A DNA stretch of 62,608 nucleotides, filler included. It is 11 parts of 11 records of this genome, joined end to end, with 100 filler letters (N's around TTAATTAATTAA, not from the genome) between each part and the next. Parts side by side here need not be neighbours in the genome. Positions count along the whole stretch, not along the records: positions 7,481 to 17,026 come from SRR15195285_4259; positions 17,127 to 20,981 come from SRR15195285_4260; positions 21,082 to 26,273 come from SRR15195285_4267; 8 more parts are not named here. One strand, given 5' to 3'. The translations under genes and the position numbers were made by a program. Under the pieces are notes generated by a model that was given only the letters and a program-made list of their open reading frames with translations, searched no databases and was not told the origin of the DNA. Within the stretch, counting starts at the first letter, position 1, and each line of letters starts with the position of its first letter. Shown piece by piece: positions 11,801 to 21,710 of the stretch.

Positions 11801-14800
11801 TCATGATCATTTTCGCAGTGAGCAACGATGCGGTGGAGCAAGTCGACAGCGACCTTCTGTGATTGAACACCACGCTGGTGCACATGTGTTGATACAAGCC
11901 ACGAGCAGAAGTCACCGAAATGTACACATGTCGGCGATGCAGAGCACCGGCTGGATACAGATGTATCTGCGCTGGCTGCTGGGTCTGCAGCGTAGTCGGC
12001 AGATGCATCTTCCTCCTGTCGAACAGCCAGTGGCTGGTACTTCTCTCGAAGTTCCGTGAACAACTTGTTCCCTTCTATCCTCTTCAACGGGTCTTGATGA
12101 TGCCCTTTCATCACCCCGAGCTGACAGCACATGAAGATAAATTGTCCCTCATCGACAGGGGCGGTGTCATCCAGCTCATAGGTTTGGGCGGTAGGTGAGT
12201 CTGACACGCCTGCAATGGCGCTAGTCGCTGTGCGAATGATTGGATGAACTTGATCCAATCGTTCCCACTCATCGTTGAAGTACACGGTGTAGAGTAGCAG
12301 CATTCTGAACTCAGCTCGCCCAATCCAACCGCAACGAGTCGTATCAGCAGCACGATACGCTCGCACAAGCGGAGGTTTCCACTCCTGTGCGACCAATCGC
12401 AATGTTCTGGTCTTCGGGTCCACCTCCCGTCTCACCATCCACCACGGCCACAACTCTTCTACTGCATGGTTGGCATCTGACAGAGTGAGAAACTGACCAT
12501 TCTGTCGAGCCCATCTGGTGAAGAGCGTCTCTCTATCTTGGTTGTTGGGGACACTGAGTCTGCGAGAGCTGTGCCAATCAGACGCCCTGACCGGCTGTCT
12601 TGGCATCCGAATCCATTTCGAGACGCGCTTGGCAAGTTGTCTCCCGAAGTGTTTGGCGGATAGAGCGCCACAGAGCTGTGCGAGCGCAGGAGCACTTTGT
12701 TTTTTCCGCAACGCCTCTTCCACGGCAGATTTTGTTTGACGAAGGTTTTCGTCATGCTCTTCTTCGCTGATCAACCCAGGAACATCGCCGAGCTTAGCTT
12801 TCATAAAGGTGATAAATTCAGAGATTGTAATGGAACCAGATCGATCTGAGTCTACGCCTTTGAAAATCTTGTCGAATTGCCTCTTGTCTTCTGGTCTCAA
12901 TCCTTTGCCAAGTCCTGTCTGTCGTTCATTAGTGGGCAATCCAAGGAGCGTTCTTATCACAGGACTGTCGCGCGCTGCCAGGATGGCCTCTTTTCGTGAG
13001 ACAGAGCCGTCCCTGTCGGCGTCCATCTGCTCAAAGATCACCCCAAGAAAACGTTGGAATAAAGCACCAATGTTGAGTGGTGGTAGTTTGATATGATTCG
13101 GATCGCCCGAGCTACGGTGCAGAATGCGCACTCGGTCAAAATTGTCTTCTAGAAGCTGCGCACCAGCGCCGCCTGTGTCAAAAAAGTACGCAACACGCCA
13201 AGGCTCCGAATCGCCGCGTGGGTGGTACGATGTCACTGTAGCATTGAGCCATTCACCTGGGTAGTACGGTTCACCGACCTGCTTCTCATACTCAGCGTGA
13301 AGTTGCGCCCGGTGCTGCTTCAGCTCGTGAATCTCTTTGTCATCTGCGTGCTGGCTAACTGCCATGTCCATCCTCACACTCACTTCCTTGATGAGTTCTG
13401 TCAGCAGTGCCTTGGGCGACTCGGGGTCCTGCTCTGCCTGCTTGCCCAGCACACCTGCCTTTTTCCTCGCACCTTCAGTAAACTTCACTTTGATTCGGTC
13501 GCCTTGTCGGTAGAAGACACGCCTTACGGTATGTTTTGAGTCATCCAGTAGCACCGATTGCTTTGCACCGCCCTCATCGTGGCTGAATTCCACCCGCCAT
13601 GGTTCCGTTTCATGGCCTTGTGGTACATAGCTTGTGACAGTCGCCTCAAACCATTGGCTGCCATTTTGCTCCCGCACGTTGATGCGATCTCCGACACGAA
13701 ACTGTGGGCCATGTCTCACGGTGTCGAACGCGTCATCGAGCAGCACCGTGCCATCAAACACACCGTGCGAGTAATCTGCAAACGTATAAGTCACGCTCCA
13801 CCGTCCATCATGTGCATTACTTGGAGTGTATCGAGTCACCGTGGCATAGTGCCACTTGAACTCGTGCCAAACGTACACCCACTCTCCGACCTGAAAAAGT
13901 GGTTCTTCGATGCCTGCCAGCCACTCGTCTTTCACCTGTCCCCAGGAAACCCAGTCGTCCATTCCACTCGCCCATACATTTGCGTCAATATGCAGAACAC
14001 CACGTGCCATCAGTCCCAAGGCTTCTTCGACCCCAACTTTTGGAGTTTCTCCCTCATCATCTTGATAGTAAAACTCACCAGGGCCTGTCTCAAAATCATC
14101 TTCCTCGTGCTGTCCATCTGCATCAAAGGATGCCGACAGCTGCTCGGACGCGACGCCACCGCGTGGAGACAAGGCTTCAATGCTGTCCCGTGACAGCTGT
14201 GGAGCAATGGGATGATTATCTCCCGGTGCGGCCGCTGTAGAACTGTCGAGGGAAGTTTGTGATGGATCTCCTGCAACTGCCTTGAGTGCTCGCAGCATAC
14301 TCTCGTCCATGTCTTGACTCTTGTCCTGCAATCCAACCTGACGCAATGCTCGTATGCTCTGCCACTGACTTTTGAAGTTTCGCGGCTTCTTCAGCGCCTT
14401 CAACTGGTCCAGGTCGCTGGGCTCGAGACCGCTTTCACCAAACAGAGTCAACAGAAGAAAGTTGACGAACTCTTCCCACGTCACAACCCCATCGCCGTCT
14501 GTGTCCATCTGCCTAGTAATCGCTTCTAGTTTTTGCTTGATCGCATGGATGCTCGCGTCGTGCGGCCGACCTGCCGTTGCGGCAAAGGTACTCTGATCGT
14601 CATCTCCAGGCTTGTTATTCTGACCCTCTATTACAGCTTGGATAATTGGATCGCTGAAAACTGCATCCCGCACATCGTCGACTTTTGCTGTGCCGTGAAT
14701 GTCACCGTCGGTGATATTTACCCATAGAGGTCCAAAGAGCAGCGTGATAGCACGTGCTTCAGGGTCCTTCTGCTCTTCTGCGCGAAGAGCTTCCTGCAAG

Positions 14801-16452
14801 TTTGCATCTCTCTGCATGACGGCGGCTGCTTTTTCTGCAACTACCTGCGCCCGCCTGGCTTGGATATCCTCCTCTCTTGCGATACTCTCCTCGATATCTT
14901 TCTCTAGTTGAAGCTCAAATGGCGTCGCCCAGGGTATGGGTTCTAGCCTGTCTTCATCGTTGTAGATGTGACGACGCGCCAGCCATACACAGAACGTCAA
15001 GAAAAAGACGCGACCTTTCTCTTTTGCGCGCAACATTTGGTGTTCTGCTTGGCAGTCGGTGTCTGAGAGTCGCTGGCCCATAAGAGCACACGCAGCTCGG
15101 AAGTCGTTGACATTCAGCGTAGCGTCATCACGTTCCGATATCTCTTCCAACCTTGCCCACATCTCCTGGAAAAATATCGTCGCGCGCAGTAGTGGGGCAA
15201 ACTCTGTCCACTCGACAAGTTCACTGCGGCTACACGCAGCGTGGAATGCACGCCCCAGTGCAACCTGATTCTTCAGACGAGGCCACAGTTCCGCAATAGC
15301 ACGCTGTGCCCCGATCGGGGTCATCAGCATCCGCCGAGCGACCGGACGCTCGTGCGTTGGAGCATCGCTTGCAGCCTCGCACTCTTCTGCAGATGCTCGG
15401 TATTTCCAGAATAATTCGGCCCGTCGCTCGTACGTTGGAAACAGTAGCCATGGGCGGCCCCCGGCTTCCTGCACGCCTGGATCATCTGCATACAGTCGCT
15501 CCATGATTGCATGCAGCGTCAACGGGCGAAGCGCACGGCCAGTACTCGGATATGTGAGGCGCGCCCAGACTGCTTTTGACAGCTGCCAGTGCACCCTTGA
15601 GTGCTCCGCACGCAAATTCAGGGCTTCTTCGTCGGAAAACTTCGACATGTGCAGATCGTCGCGTACGACGCGTTCAGGAGGTTCGCTATCCAGGCGTCGC
15701 TGGGCCCAGCGCTCATGGCTCAGCTGCGCTGCCCATCGCTCGGCGTTCTTCTGCTGCTTTCGACACCATGCTACTTTCTCCTCCGCGCCGGCTCGCGCCA
15801 TCTCGTGAAGCTTGGCTTCCTCCTTTGCCTCAACTAGTTGTCGCCGAAGCTTCTGAACTTCTGCCGTCATATCCGCGCCTTGCGAGGGTGCGTCAGCTTG
15901 GAGCTCCGCCATGAGGTCCGCAAAATCCCGGTCACCCGTCTCGGGCTCGCGCTCTGCCTCCGGCTCGGGCTCTGGCTGCCGATCCGGATCGGACTCTGGT
16001 TCATCTCTTTTCGCCCGAACCACGGTATTGAACGCATCATCTAGGAGAACCGATCCAAACCCCCCCTCGTCGTACTCAAACTCTACTTGCCATGGAGATG
16101 CTTCGCCCTGGCCTATGTAAGACGTCACTGTCGCAGGGTACCACTTGCCGTCCGATTCGTGCAGGATCGCGTCACCGACGCGAAAGGGGACAAAGCGCAC
16201 CTCGTTGAAAGCATCGTCCAGCAGCACTGCACCCATACCTCCCTCGTCGTACTCAAATGCGACGCGCCACGGCGTTGGCTGGCCCTTAGGGGTGTACTCA
16301 ACCACGATCGCCGGATGCCACTCGTGACTGAGCAGGTGCTCGATGCGATCCCCGATCGCGAAAGGCTCGGTGCGCTCCGCGGACCACATTCCAGCATTAC
16401 TAGCCGCTCGCACGGCCCGCCCAGCCGCCCGAAGCATTGTCTTCCCCGCCAT
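8806..16452 (-). CDS. 2548-aa multidomain protein: Tudor/SH3-like repeats, calflagin-like EF-hand modules, EF-hands, GYF_2-like domain, Armadillo repeats
   Basis: Uninterrupted ORF. Five F.VGD..W..ATV..Y..W.V..LLDD repeats. EF loops DTDGDGVVTWEE, DADRDGSVSRKE, DSDRSGSITISE. GYF_2-like ...NVWASGMDDW. ARM-like repeats in the C-terminal part. Confidence 0.85.
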   Translation of the reverse strand: MAGKTMLRAAGRAVRAASNAGMWSAERTEPFAIGDRIEHLLSHEWHPAIVVEYTPKGQPTPWRVAFEYDEGGMGAVLLDDAFNEVRFVPFRVGDAILHESDGKWYPATVTSYIGQGEASPWQVEFEYDEGGFGSVLLDDAFNTVVRAKRDEPESDPDRQPEPEPEAEREPETGDRDFADLMAELQADAPSQGADMTAEVQKLRRQLVEAKEEAKLHEMARAGAEEKVAWCRKQQKNAERWAAQLSHERWAQRRLDSEPPERVVRDDLHMSKFSDEEALNLRAEHSRVHWQLSKAVWARLTYPSTGRALRPLTLHAIMERLYADDPGVQEAGGRPWLLFPTYERRAELFWKYRASAEECEAASDAPTHERPVARRMLMTPIGAQRAIAELWPRLKNQVALGRAFHAACSRSELVEWTEFAPLLRATIFFQEMWARLEEISERDDATLNVNDFRAACALMGQRLSDTDCQAEHQMLRAKEKGRVFFLTFCVWLARRHIYNDEDRLEPIPWATPFELQLEKDIEESIAREEDIQARRAQVVAEKAAAVMQRDANLQEALRAEEQKDPEARAITLLFGPLWVNITDGDIHGTAKVDDVRDAVFSDPIIQAVIEGQNNKPGDDDQSTFAATAGRPHDASIHAIKQKLEAITRQMDTDGDGVVTWEEFVNFLLLTLFGESGLEPSDLDQLKALKKPRNFKSQWQSIRALRQVGLQDKSQDMDESMLRALKAVAGDPSQTSLDSSTAAAPGDNHPIAPQLSRDSIEALSPRGGVASEQLSASFDADGQHEEDDFETGPGEFYYQDDEGETPKVGVEEALGLMARGVLHIDANVWASGMDDWVSWGQVKDEWLAGIEEPLFQVGEWVYVWHEFKWHYATVTRYTPSNAHDGRWSVTYTFADYSHGVFDGTVLLDDAFDTVRHGPQFRVGDRINVREQNGSQWFEATVTSYVPQGHETEPWRVEFSHDEGGAKQSVLLDDSKHTVRRVFYRQGDRIKVKFTEGARKKAGVLGKQAEQDPESPKALLTELIKEVSVRMDMAVSQHADDKEIHELKQHRAQLHAEYEKQVGEPYYPGEWLNATVTSYHPRGDSEPWRVAYFFDTGGAGAQLLEDNFDRVRILHRSSGDPNHIKLPPLNIGALFQRFLGVIFEQMDADRDGSVSRKEAILAARDSPVIRTLLGLPTNERQTGLGKGLRPEDKRQFDKIFKGVDSDRSGSITISEFITFMKAKLGDVPGLISEEEHDENLRQTKSAVEEALRKKQSAPALAQLCGALSAKHFGRQLAKRVSKWIRMPRQPVRASDWHSSRRLSVPNNQDRETLFTRWARQNGQFLTLSDANHAVEELWPWWMVRREVDPKTRTLRLVAQEWKPPLVRAYRAADTTRCGWIGRAEFRMLLLYTVYFNDEWERLDQVHPIIRTATSAIAGVSDSPTAQTYELDDTAPVDEGQFIFMCCQLGVMKGHHQDPLKRIEGNKLFTELREKYQPLAVRQEEDASADYAADPAASADTSVSSRCSASPTCVHFGDFCSWLVSTHVHQRGVQSQKVAVDLLHRIVAHCENDHDIQSRDEASRLGVFYPLVKMLSEPGARSTDLELLACKALFLLSKDHSGRQAQIVERGALLPVTRIVLRSRGEAAVWATGVMANVCSNESICLVGGSQESTGVCDALIHATANSAEQQLEHATHAIAGVARTNAANRAKLVESGVINLLINVLSEGTQKLAEARAKAQRDLDTRSRLETKPDPWQEQLNAYFLLFEEDREMYPVGGHRFKGTATTGPFIRGIPRAAMTKQSREQLVNHARRLVALEDRLEAMTLETLHGLCPGAKRWAAEALATIVLEAGSIRNVDTMGSAVCAAGALEPLLLLVHHSRDERRSAGLRALAAIAPYCAELAPEHAHEVSQMLSAVAEASQSGLPRHWAVISLFTLLGSRERARLRLPVLAGPREVAAALCEVVEHCNETSVRSAAGAALALALLCRGDDELMKAMVLEESGLAPKKLNAIHYHSAEEPSSDEYTDSEEEELTDENENEEATFPPTVTSKSGAKALLGLLSSKRKSGDKELDWSSASAACRALSVCAAHSVQIRESMGAMEKGDVLKKLVVAAIDSEYATEAERDAKRAQSAIRIDRQDGRSPARPIQQSIALASLLLWSISAIAALAKDCVANQLALVLLSVRSKRSSAPAGNGIVPLLARILGSSASEVYPAPASLLEQTALAVAAVAQNVDETKAQLMRNDVAPALVSLLELASGQPPATRAAAAQAIAALVRNATAHKSIFIQLGAVQGLVRCVQGPRSDGKALKLAAGTALQFMAVNNPSGMRAIIRDGGKVALQLTQRLIKANKQDQQKEQSSPKQVGLQRVPDTTSHGGDSRGGNAPRAPRKVIWDDLDGSGAAAGVTARAARRAMAFEDADQACTLSAPFPNRASAVPAPLQALELANTNEAGRRVEHGRRKGSAQLWPAAAAAASAGPRVGPNRRPPAPKISWRTQLAGGAKLRSGSHATRAAAKKPHVVAKMGGEPRWVSGRRGYVKGEMRGRRSRWLSTENLHYANGGGQPDNLFRGNY

Positions 16453-16776
16453 CTTCAGGCCCGAAGCCCCGCCTAAGCCAGCATCACCAGCTCCAGCCGT
16501 CGCCCGGCCATCTCAGCACCGCGCGCAGCTCTCCTGCACGACATAGCGCGACTGCGATGCGACTGATGACACTGCGTCTGGTACACCGAGCGGCTCAGGC
16601 TAACGCTGCTCTAGCGCGAAGAATCTCTAGAGCCAGCATTGCCAGGCCTCATACAGGAGCAGCCAGTGCCTCCTAGGAGGGCCTTGCTTTGTTGCTAACC
16701 GTCGTTGCGTCCCACCGGCGGTGCAATGATTCACTCGATTCACAAATCCGATGCTCGCGCATCAGAGGGTGATTGC

Positions 16777-16972
16777 CCGGTTTAACTTCAAGGGATTCCC
16801 CGGGTATACATATTACTAGTATAATGTATACATGTACCATGGGAATCCCTTAAACCGGAACCATACATATGGAAAATGTATAAGCGGTATAATGTATACA
16901 TTTGTAAGGGACGCCATACAATTGTATGGGGAACGAGTCCGGGCCAGGAGACCCTCTCCTGGCCCGGGACTC
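16777..16972. repeat. AT-rich inverted-repeat / hairpin element
   Basis: AAGGGATTCCC (16790-16800) pairs with GGGAATCCCTT (16841-16851) around the near-palindrome GTATACAT...ATGTATAC. A separate GC hairpin lies at 16935-16972. Confidence 0.6.
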
Positions 16973-17126
16973 ATTTTGAAGAGACGAGCGGTGAAAACAC
17001 GCGATGATGGCGCTGCGGCGCCCCACNNNNNNNNNNNNNNNNNNNNNNNNNNNNNNNNNNNNNNNNNNNNTTAATTAATTAANNNNNNNNNNNNNNNNNN
17101 NNNNNNNNNNNNNNNNNNNNNNNNNN

Positions 17127-20100
17127 GATCTCAGGTGCAGTGAAATGGGTGGTAACCATTTTATCAAGCATGTGTTCCAGTGGCTTGACAAGGTCGGCTG
17201 AGTAGCGCGGAGCGGACATTCCGGGTACACGGTCTCGCGTCGTGTTCTTTTTCCAAATGTGCTGCGCAACTTGCAGCAGTCCAATTCCCACCGGGCGCTG
17301 GGTGCCATGAATTGCTTTGACAGGAGACAGTGACTTATAGACATTCTTGAACGCTTTCCAGCGCAAGTCAAAGGTTGTTTCAAGTGGTGTCGATGCGTCA
17401 AAATGTTCGCTAGACACGATGGGTGGCCGCATACTTGCCTCCCTGAATGCGATGAAACCTTGAGCGGAAGGGTCACGCGGATCCTGCTTGCGCACCAGCG
17501 CACACATGTCTCTAAGAGCCTCTAGAAGCTTTGTCTCTCGCTCGCTGAACAGCTCCGTCAAAGATTTCGCCACAACAAGCAACTTCTCTGCCATACCAGC
17601 GACGTCTTCGTACGTATGGACGCAGAGAACCTGCTCGTTGAACGGTTGTTTATCGTCCTCCGCGTTCTTCACGAACTCCGACAAAGATTCGACCTCTACC
17701 ACGCGCGCGTATTGGACGAAGAACAGCACCACTTGCTCAAACATGTAGTTGCGACAGACATCGCTCACTGGCCACTCTTCGCCCTGTGATATTGAAAGAA
17801 TCTTGGTAAATTGCTCCAGTTCTTGCTTGAGCATGTCGGCGATCGGTTGCGCCGCGGCATGGTGCGGATTGTGTAGCTTGTCCACAACCCAGATGCCGTT
17901 GTGCCCTTGACGGAGCGATCGAATAATATGCTCTGAGTTAGTATCCACAAACACCTCGCGGAAGAACAGCAGTGTGGTGCGTTTAACATCAATTGCACAT
18001 TTTGTCGCCTCGTCCTGTCTGGTTAGATCCTGTGGAACCAGATCGGGATTGAAAACCTCATGAAGCCGTTTAACAACCTCAGCAAACGGTATTAGTGAAG
18101 CGCACAGCAGCTCAGTCGACGGCATCTTGCCCCTCGCACAGATGCCGAGGAGCTGCAGGCACTGACTGTAGTACTGCAGGTGCCCTTGGCAGCGCTTGGT
18201 CTGGTCGCCCTGCTCCTTGAGGCCTTTGATAAAAACATCCGTTCGATCAAGATGCGGTGCCCCCTGCGCCTCGTTCTTCCCGAGCGTGCCTGTTAACTCA
18301 ATCAAATGTTCTGACGTGCTGGCTCCCTTGCACACTGCAATCTGTGCTGGAGCAACGGTTTGCCCTTTTGATACTAGCAGCGTCTGCAGCAAAGCAATCA
18401 GATCCAGGCTCAACGTGCCCGTCTTGGCTAGAACGCGGACGGTTTCTGTGAGTTTCACAGCATAACGAATGCACAACGTCTCATTATTTGCCACGATCGA
18501 TGTCAAACACTTTGCAACACTGTCGACAAACGGTCTCTGCCCCGTCACACGTGATCCATCGTTGGCGCCGTTGGTGTGCTGCAGCTCCAGCAGTGGAATG
18601 ATTACATCATCCTATAGATACACGCGAACAAGAGCTCGTCAATTTCAACACGCCACTGGTGGATGCAACAAAAGTCAGATGGGCGAAAGAGGATGCAGTT
18701 CAACTCACAACTTGCAGGGCCATCGCGAACTGGTTGGCAGCATTGGAAGAGCAAAACATTTGGACCTAAACCCCAATGCGCTCCTGCCTGTCAGCGTGAC
18801 ACAAAATGGCTCGCCACTAGACAGGAAAACATCAAATGCAGCGGCTCTCACCAGCCTCAAGATGTTGGTGATTAGATCGACGTACTCTTCCCGTATGGGT
18901 TTGTCCTGTCACACCAATGTACATTCTGCCTGAACGCCTTTCTAAAGGACGTATCAACGAAACGAATTGCAAAAACGCTCAGCTGTAGATACAACGTACC
19001 TTGGGCTCGCGAAGCATCAGAAATCGTCTCATAAAAACAGGAAGCCCGAGATTCCGCATCAAGTTCTGGATGACAGCGCTGGGTTCACCTTTGTCGGTGT
19101 CGTCACCAGCATAACATTGTTGCACAAGGCTATCGCAGATTCCAATGAGCTGTTTGCATGCCTTAGACTCGTGCGTCCACTTGTACAGGCGCCGAAAATC
19201 ACTGATTTCAATAGATAAATTGAAAAACAGACTTAACATGGACTCTTTTGTGATGAGAACAACGTTATCAATCGTATTAGCAAGCATGAAATCTTGAGCA
19301 ACAAGGGCGACCAAAGCTTTGAATGAGCGGAGAATGAGCTCCACGTCGTCGTACTGTAGCGCGTCAACAAGCATGGCTGTGAATTCGTCGTCGGGCTTGT
19401 AGTTCGGACCCTTGTCAATTTTGTTGCCTCCACCCCCGGTATCATCATCAAAGACCCGGATGGACATTGCTTTTGCTCGCGCAGTTGCGGCGAAGCTGTC
19501 TCCATTGCCAACTAGCTGTGTAAACTCGGACTCGAACTTTTCGATATAGTCGTCCGGTCTCCACTTAGACTTACTGTTGCACCATACCTTTTTAGATTCC
19601 GCATTGGACGCGACATTTCATTGCAAGAAATCATTACAACTGTCTGCGCGCACCTGAAGATACTGGGCACTGGAGATATTGCTTCATTCTTGAGCTTGGC
19701 ACCCTGTGAAAACGGGTCCTCTGGGCCTTCGTCAGGAAATGTTGATTCGAGCAAGGTTGTGATGCGGGTAGATGCCCGAGCTCCGAACAGAGTTTCCACG
19801 ATTTCCAGAGCTTTGCACTTGAGCCTGTGAAGTGCCACATTTGAATATTCCCGCGTTAGTCTTACACGTACCATTCGAATCGTACACGCAGATGAGATGA
19901 TATGGGTTCTCACTTATTCAGGGCCACGTTGCCTTGGTTTAGGATGAAACGTTCGTTGCCCCTGTACTGTTTCTCATCCTTTTCTTTCTGGGTAGTGAGT
20001 TGACCTCGGTCTAATGGTCTGGTCACTTCCAGAGTACTTCCTTTTCGACCATCGAAGATCCTCAGCATCATCAGAGCAAGCATTTTTGATTCTTGACCTA

Positions 20101-20800
20101 AGATTAGCACTCCATCGGAGTGCTGGTCTCGCTGGAAGGCGTCATCGTACATACCAAGTTGCCTGTGCTCACGGGCAGCCCAGAAGCTTTTAGGCCCTAC
20201 AGTACACGTGGATAGGCAGGAGCCATGAAAACGATAGGTGTCTGCTCACAGCATCGTTTTTGCAAGGTTAAGAACCTCGATCAGAAAATTCGTCATCTGA
20301 ACATCATTCGCATCGATTTCGCAGATGGATTGTAGAGTCGCCAAGAGTACTTGCCTCATTGTCTTCCCATCGTCAGCCGGCTTCTCTACCTGTGCTGCTG
20401 TGCGCTTTTCTCTGCCCTCTGTCCAACTGGCATATCTCAGTGGCGTTCCACGATCTTCTACCACTTTTTCATTATCTGGATACGTGAACGGGTCTTGGCG
20501 GCGCGGTAAGTCAATCTTCAGTTTTGTAGTGATGCCAGGCAGAAGGCGCGACGGTTGGTTGGAGTCGAAGGTCTCGTACGGCTCTCTGCAATCGTTCAGA
20601 AGATTAGACTGGCTGCATTCGAAGACGCAACTGGTACATCTCACGTGGGACATTTATCCGCACGCACCTGTCGATATAGAGAGTTCTCGCAAGCCTTGTG
20701 AAAGCAGCACGTACATCCGGCAACAACTTCTCGTCTTTGATTTTGTCGATAATTGCACTGTAGGAGAAGCCGAAGACCATATTCGTCAAGAAGAAATCAA
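17127..20800 (-). CDS. ITPR: Inositol 1,4,5-trisphosphate receptor / ryanodine receptor family channel, internal multi-exon fragment
   Basis: IP3R-like motifs in colinear order: VRAAFTRLARTLYID, EVLNLAKTML, LKCKALEIVETLF, QNLMRNLG, YYSQCLQLLGICARGKMPSTELLCASLIPFAEVV (compare IP3R [28 protein letters not shown]), FFREVFVDT. Both ends lie off the contig. Confidence 0.8.
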
Positions 20801-21710
20801 TTGACTCGCGATGCCGACCCTGTTGCGCAACAAATGTGTCACCTCATGCCATCCGAGCTTGAGATGTTGAAAAACTACAGTTTGGGTTTATCTAGTTCTG
20901 CAGTCGCATTTAAGTAGTCCTGTAATCATCTGAGAAGGCACTTACATCACAGAAATGCGAAACAGCTTTGACGAAAGCAAGNNNNNNNNNNNNNNNNNNN
21001 NNNNNNNNNNNNNNNNNNNNNNNNNTTAATTAATTAANNNNNNNNNNNNNNNNNNNNNNNNNNNNNNNNNNNNNNNNNNNNAGAGAGAGACAAAAGCAGT
21101 GAGCAATGCAAGCGCCTCAGCTCCTCATCAGGCGAACGGTGGTTAAAATCCGGCATGAGCACCAGAACACGCTAAGAATGTTTTTTGAAAAATCAAGACC
21201 GCTGGGCGTCAGCCGGGACGGAATTCACGCACGCCCATCGCCCACGCCATCGCCACGGTTGTCGAATATACAGACAGCTGTACAGAAAGACCCAAATGTA
21301 TGTGTACACAGTATAGCGATGTTGGGATGGCAATTGCCGTCCTGCACCGGCTTCACGCGCGCATCCGAGGCGCCGACTGCACGGTGCACGCGCGTGCATT
21401 CGACCTCGTAGCTCGGCCTCACCGCAGCTAGGCCTCACCGCGTCCTACGAATGTAGATCTATCAATCCTGCCAGGTATGGTATGTCATGTGTGTACTAGA
21501 TCTAAATAGTACACATGATTAAGCGGAGTCTTGGCCGGGCAGCAACGACCTGCAGGTGACGTGTTCGTGCCCCCCCTGCCCCCCTGCCCCCTTGCTTGCC
21601 CGTTGAGCTTGAGGTCAGTGCAGCCCGTTCTCCTGGATGGGCTGTCGTTTGGGTGCTGTAGAGGTCGGATGCACTGGATACTGAAGGAGCCGGCGGTCCA
21701 CCTGACGTGA

